From NCBI GenBank assembly GCA_013115145.1, contig JAAPAO010000242.1, positions 1 through 48,317 of the forward strand: a DNA stretch of 48,317 bases, given 5' to 3'. Shown here piece after piece: positions 47,592 to 48,317 of the stretch. The notes below the pieces were generated by a model. It did not search any database. It saw only the letters and a program-made list of their open reading frames with translations, and was not told where the DNA came from. The first letter of the stretch is position 1, and the number at the start of each line of letters is the position of its first letter. Both the position numbers and the translations under genes were made by a program. The DNA comes from Perkinsus chesapeaki ATCC PRA-425 (taxonomy: Eukaryota; Protista; Perkinsozoa).

Positions 47592-47665
47592 GCTGGAATA
47601 GTCTAGTTGGTTATGACGACTGTCTAACACGCAGTAGGTCCCGAGTTCGATTCTCGGTTCCAGTA
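47592..47665 (+). tRNA. trnV: tRNA-Val(AAC) (R3)
   Basis: Intact cloverleaf with one extra U-G pair in the anticodon stem. Confidence 0.88.
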
Positions 47666-47738
47666 TTCATACTACTACCTGTGTTGATTAGATAATGATA
47701 ATGAGATGCGAGCTTGTAGAATTTTAGTCCCTGCAGAT

Positions 47739-47812
47739 GGTGGAATGGTCTAGTTAGTTATGACGACTGCCTAACACGCAGTAGGTCCGGGGTTCGATTC
47801 TCGGTTCCAGTA
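47739..47812 (+). tRNA. trnV: tRNA-Val(AAC) variant, possibly a pseudogene (R4)
   Basis: Acceptor mismatch (GGTGGAA), D-loop GG changed to AG, and a T-stem mismatch (CGGGG/CTCGG). Confidence 0.6.
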
Positions 47813-47866
47813 TCATCCCACTGTGTGCCTTTGCTTGGATCGTTACGCACTACCGTTCCGTGGCTC

Positions 47867-47940
47867 GCTGAGATGGTCTAGTTGGTTATGACGACTGCCT
47901 CACACGCAGTAGGTCCTGTGTTCGATTCTCGGTTCCAGCA
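47867..47940 (+). tRNA. trnV: tRNA-Val(CAC) variant, possibly a pseudogene (R5)
   Basis: One A-C acceptor mismatch and a T-T mismatch in the T stem. Confidence 0.6.
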
Positions 47941-48001
47941 TCATCCCACTGTATGCCTTTTCTTGGATCGTTACGCACTACCGTTCCGTGCTTGCTGACT
48001 C

Positions 48002-48075
48002 GCTGGGATGGTCTAGTTGGTTATGACGACTGCCTCACACGCAGTAGGTCCCGAGTTCGATTCTCGGTTCCAGTA
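48002..48075 (+). tRNA. trnV: tRNA-Val(CAC) (R6)
   Basis: Intact cloverleaf; anticodon loop CT-CAC-AC. Confidence 0.93.
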
Positions 48076-48136
48076 TCATCGCATTGTGTGCCTTTGCTTG
48101 GATCGTTACGCACTACCGTTCCATGATTACTGGCTT

Positions 48137-48210
48137 GCTTGGATGGTCTAGTTGGTTATGACGACTGCCTCACACGCAGTAGGTCCCGAGTTCGATTCTC
48201 GGCTCCAGTA
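48137..48210 (+). tRNA. trnV: tRNA-Val(CAC) variant with two acceptor-stem mismatches (R7)
   Basis: Acceptor is GCTTGGA/CTCCAGT; the other arms are intact. Confidence 0.6.
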
Positions 48211-48283
48211 TTCATAAAACTAGCTGTTTGATTAGATAATGATAATGAGATGCGAGCTTGTAGAATTTTAGTTCCTGCAGATT

Positions 48284-48317
48284 GCTGGAATGGTCTAGTT
48301 GGTTATGACGACTGCCT
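48284..48317 (+). tRNA. trnV: tRNA-Val, 5' half only, cut by the window edge (R8)
   Basis: GCTGGAATGGTCTAGTTGGTTATGACGACTGCCT is identical to the L1 5' half. The anticodon is outside the window. Confidence 0.8.

Noticed and set aside
1-48284. 147-149-bp array period matching the nucleosome core length
   Set aside because: Class B units are 128-135 bp, and a core-length period leaves no linker, so this is probably coincidence.
47296-48317. Repeat-spacer pattern resembling a CRISPR array
   Set aside because: The repeats are 74-nt tRNA-Val cloverleaves, the spacers are homologous to each other, there are no cas genes, and the context is eukaryotic.

Overview
Eukaryotic, gene-dense window with many short (about 50 nt) GT-AG introns. 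Intron size, compact spacing and gene content suggest an alveolate protist of the Perkinsus type (inference, not verified). Both ends lie inside tandem tRNA-Val (AAC/CAC) arrays that point outward in opposite directions. The left array decays inward into an inverted repeat and a nest of degenerate retroelements (about 1.7-6.3 kb). The core holds mostly spliced genes: a transmembrane RING ligase, a UBA-UBX protein, an SLC35E3-like transporter, BUB3, a multi-KH/WG-rich/RS protein, a TTLL glutamylase, an Hsp110-like/TPR fusion, a UBE3C-like HECT ligase, RSPH9, two tandem Nudix hydrolases, a ZGRF1-like helicase and several orphans. The strongest novelty candidate is an intact four-exon Penelope-type GIY-YIG endonuclease gene with no reverse transcriptase and a mitochondrial-like N-terminus, next to the right tRNA array. 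All gene models were spliced by eye and no database searches were run. Spans of multi-exon genes are gene extents, and some starts are tentative.
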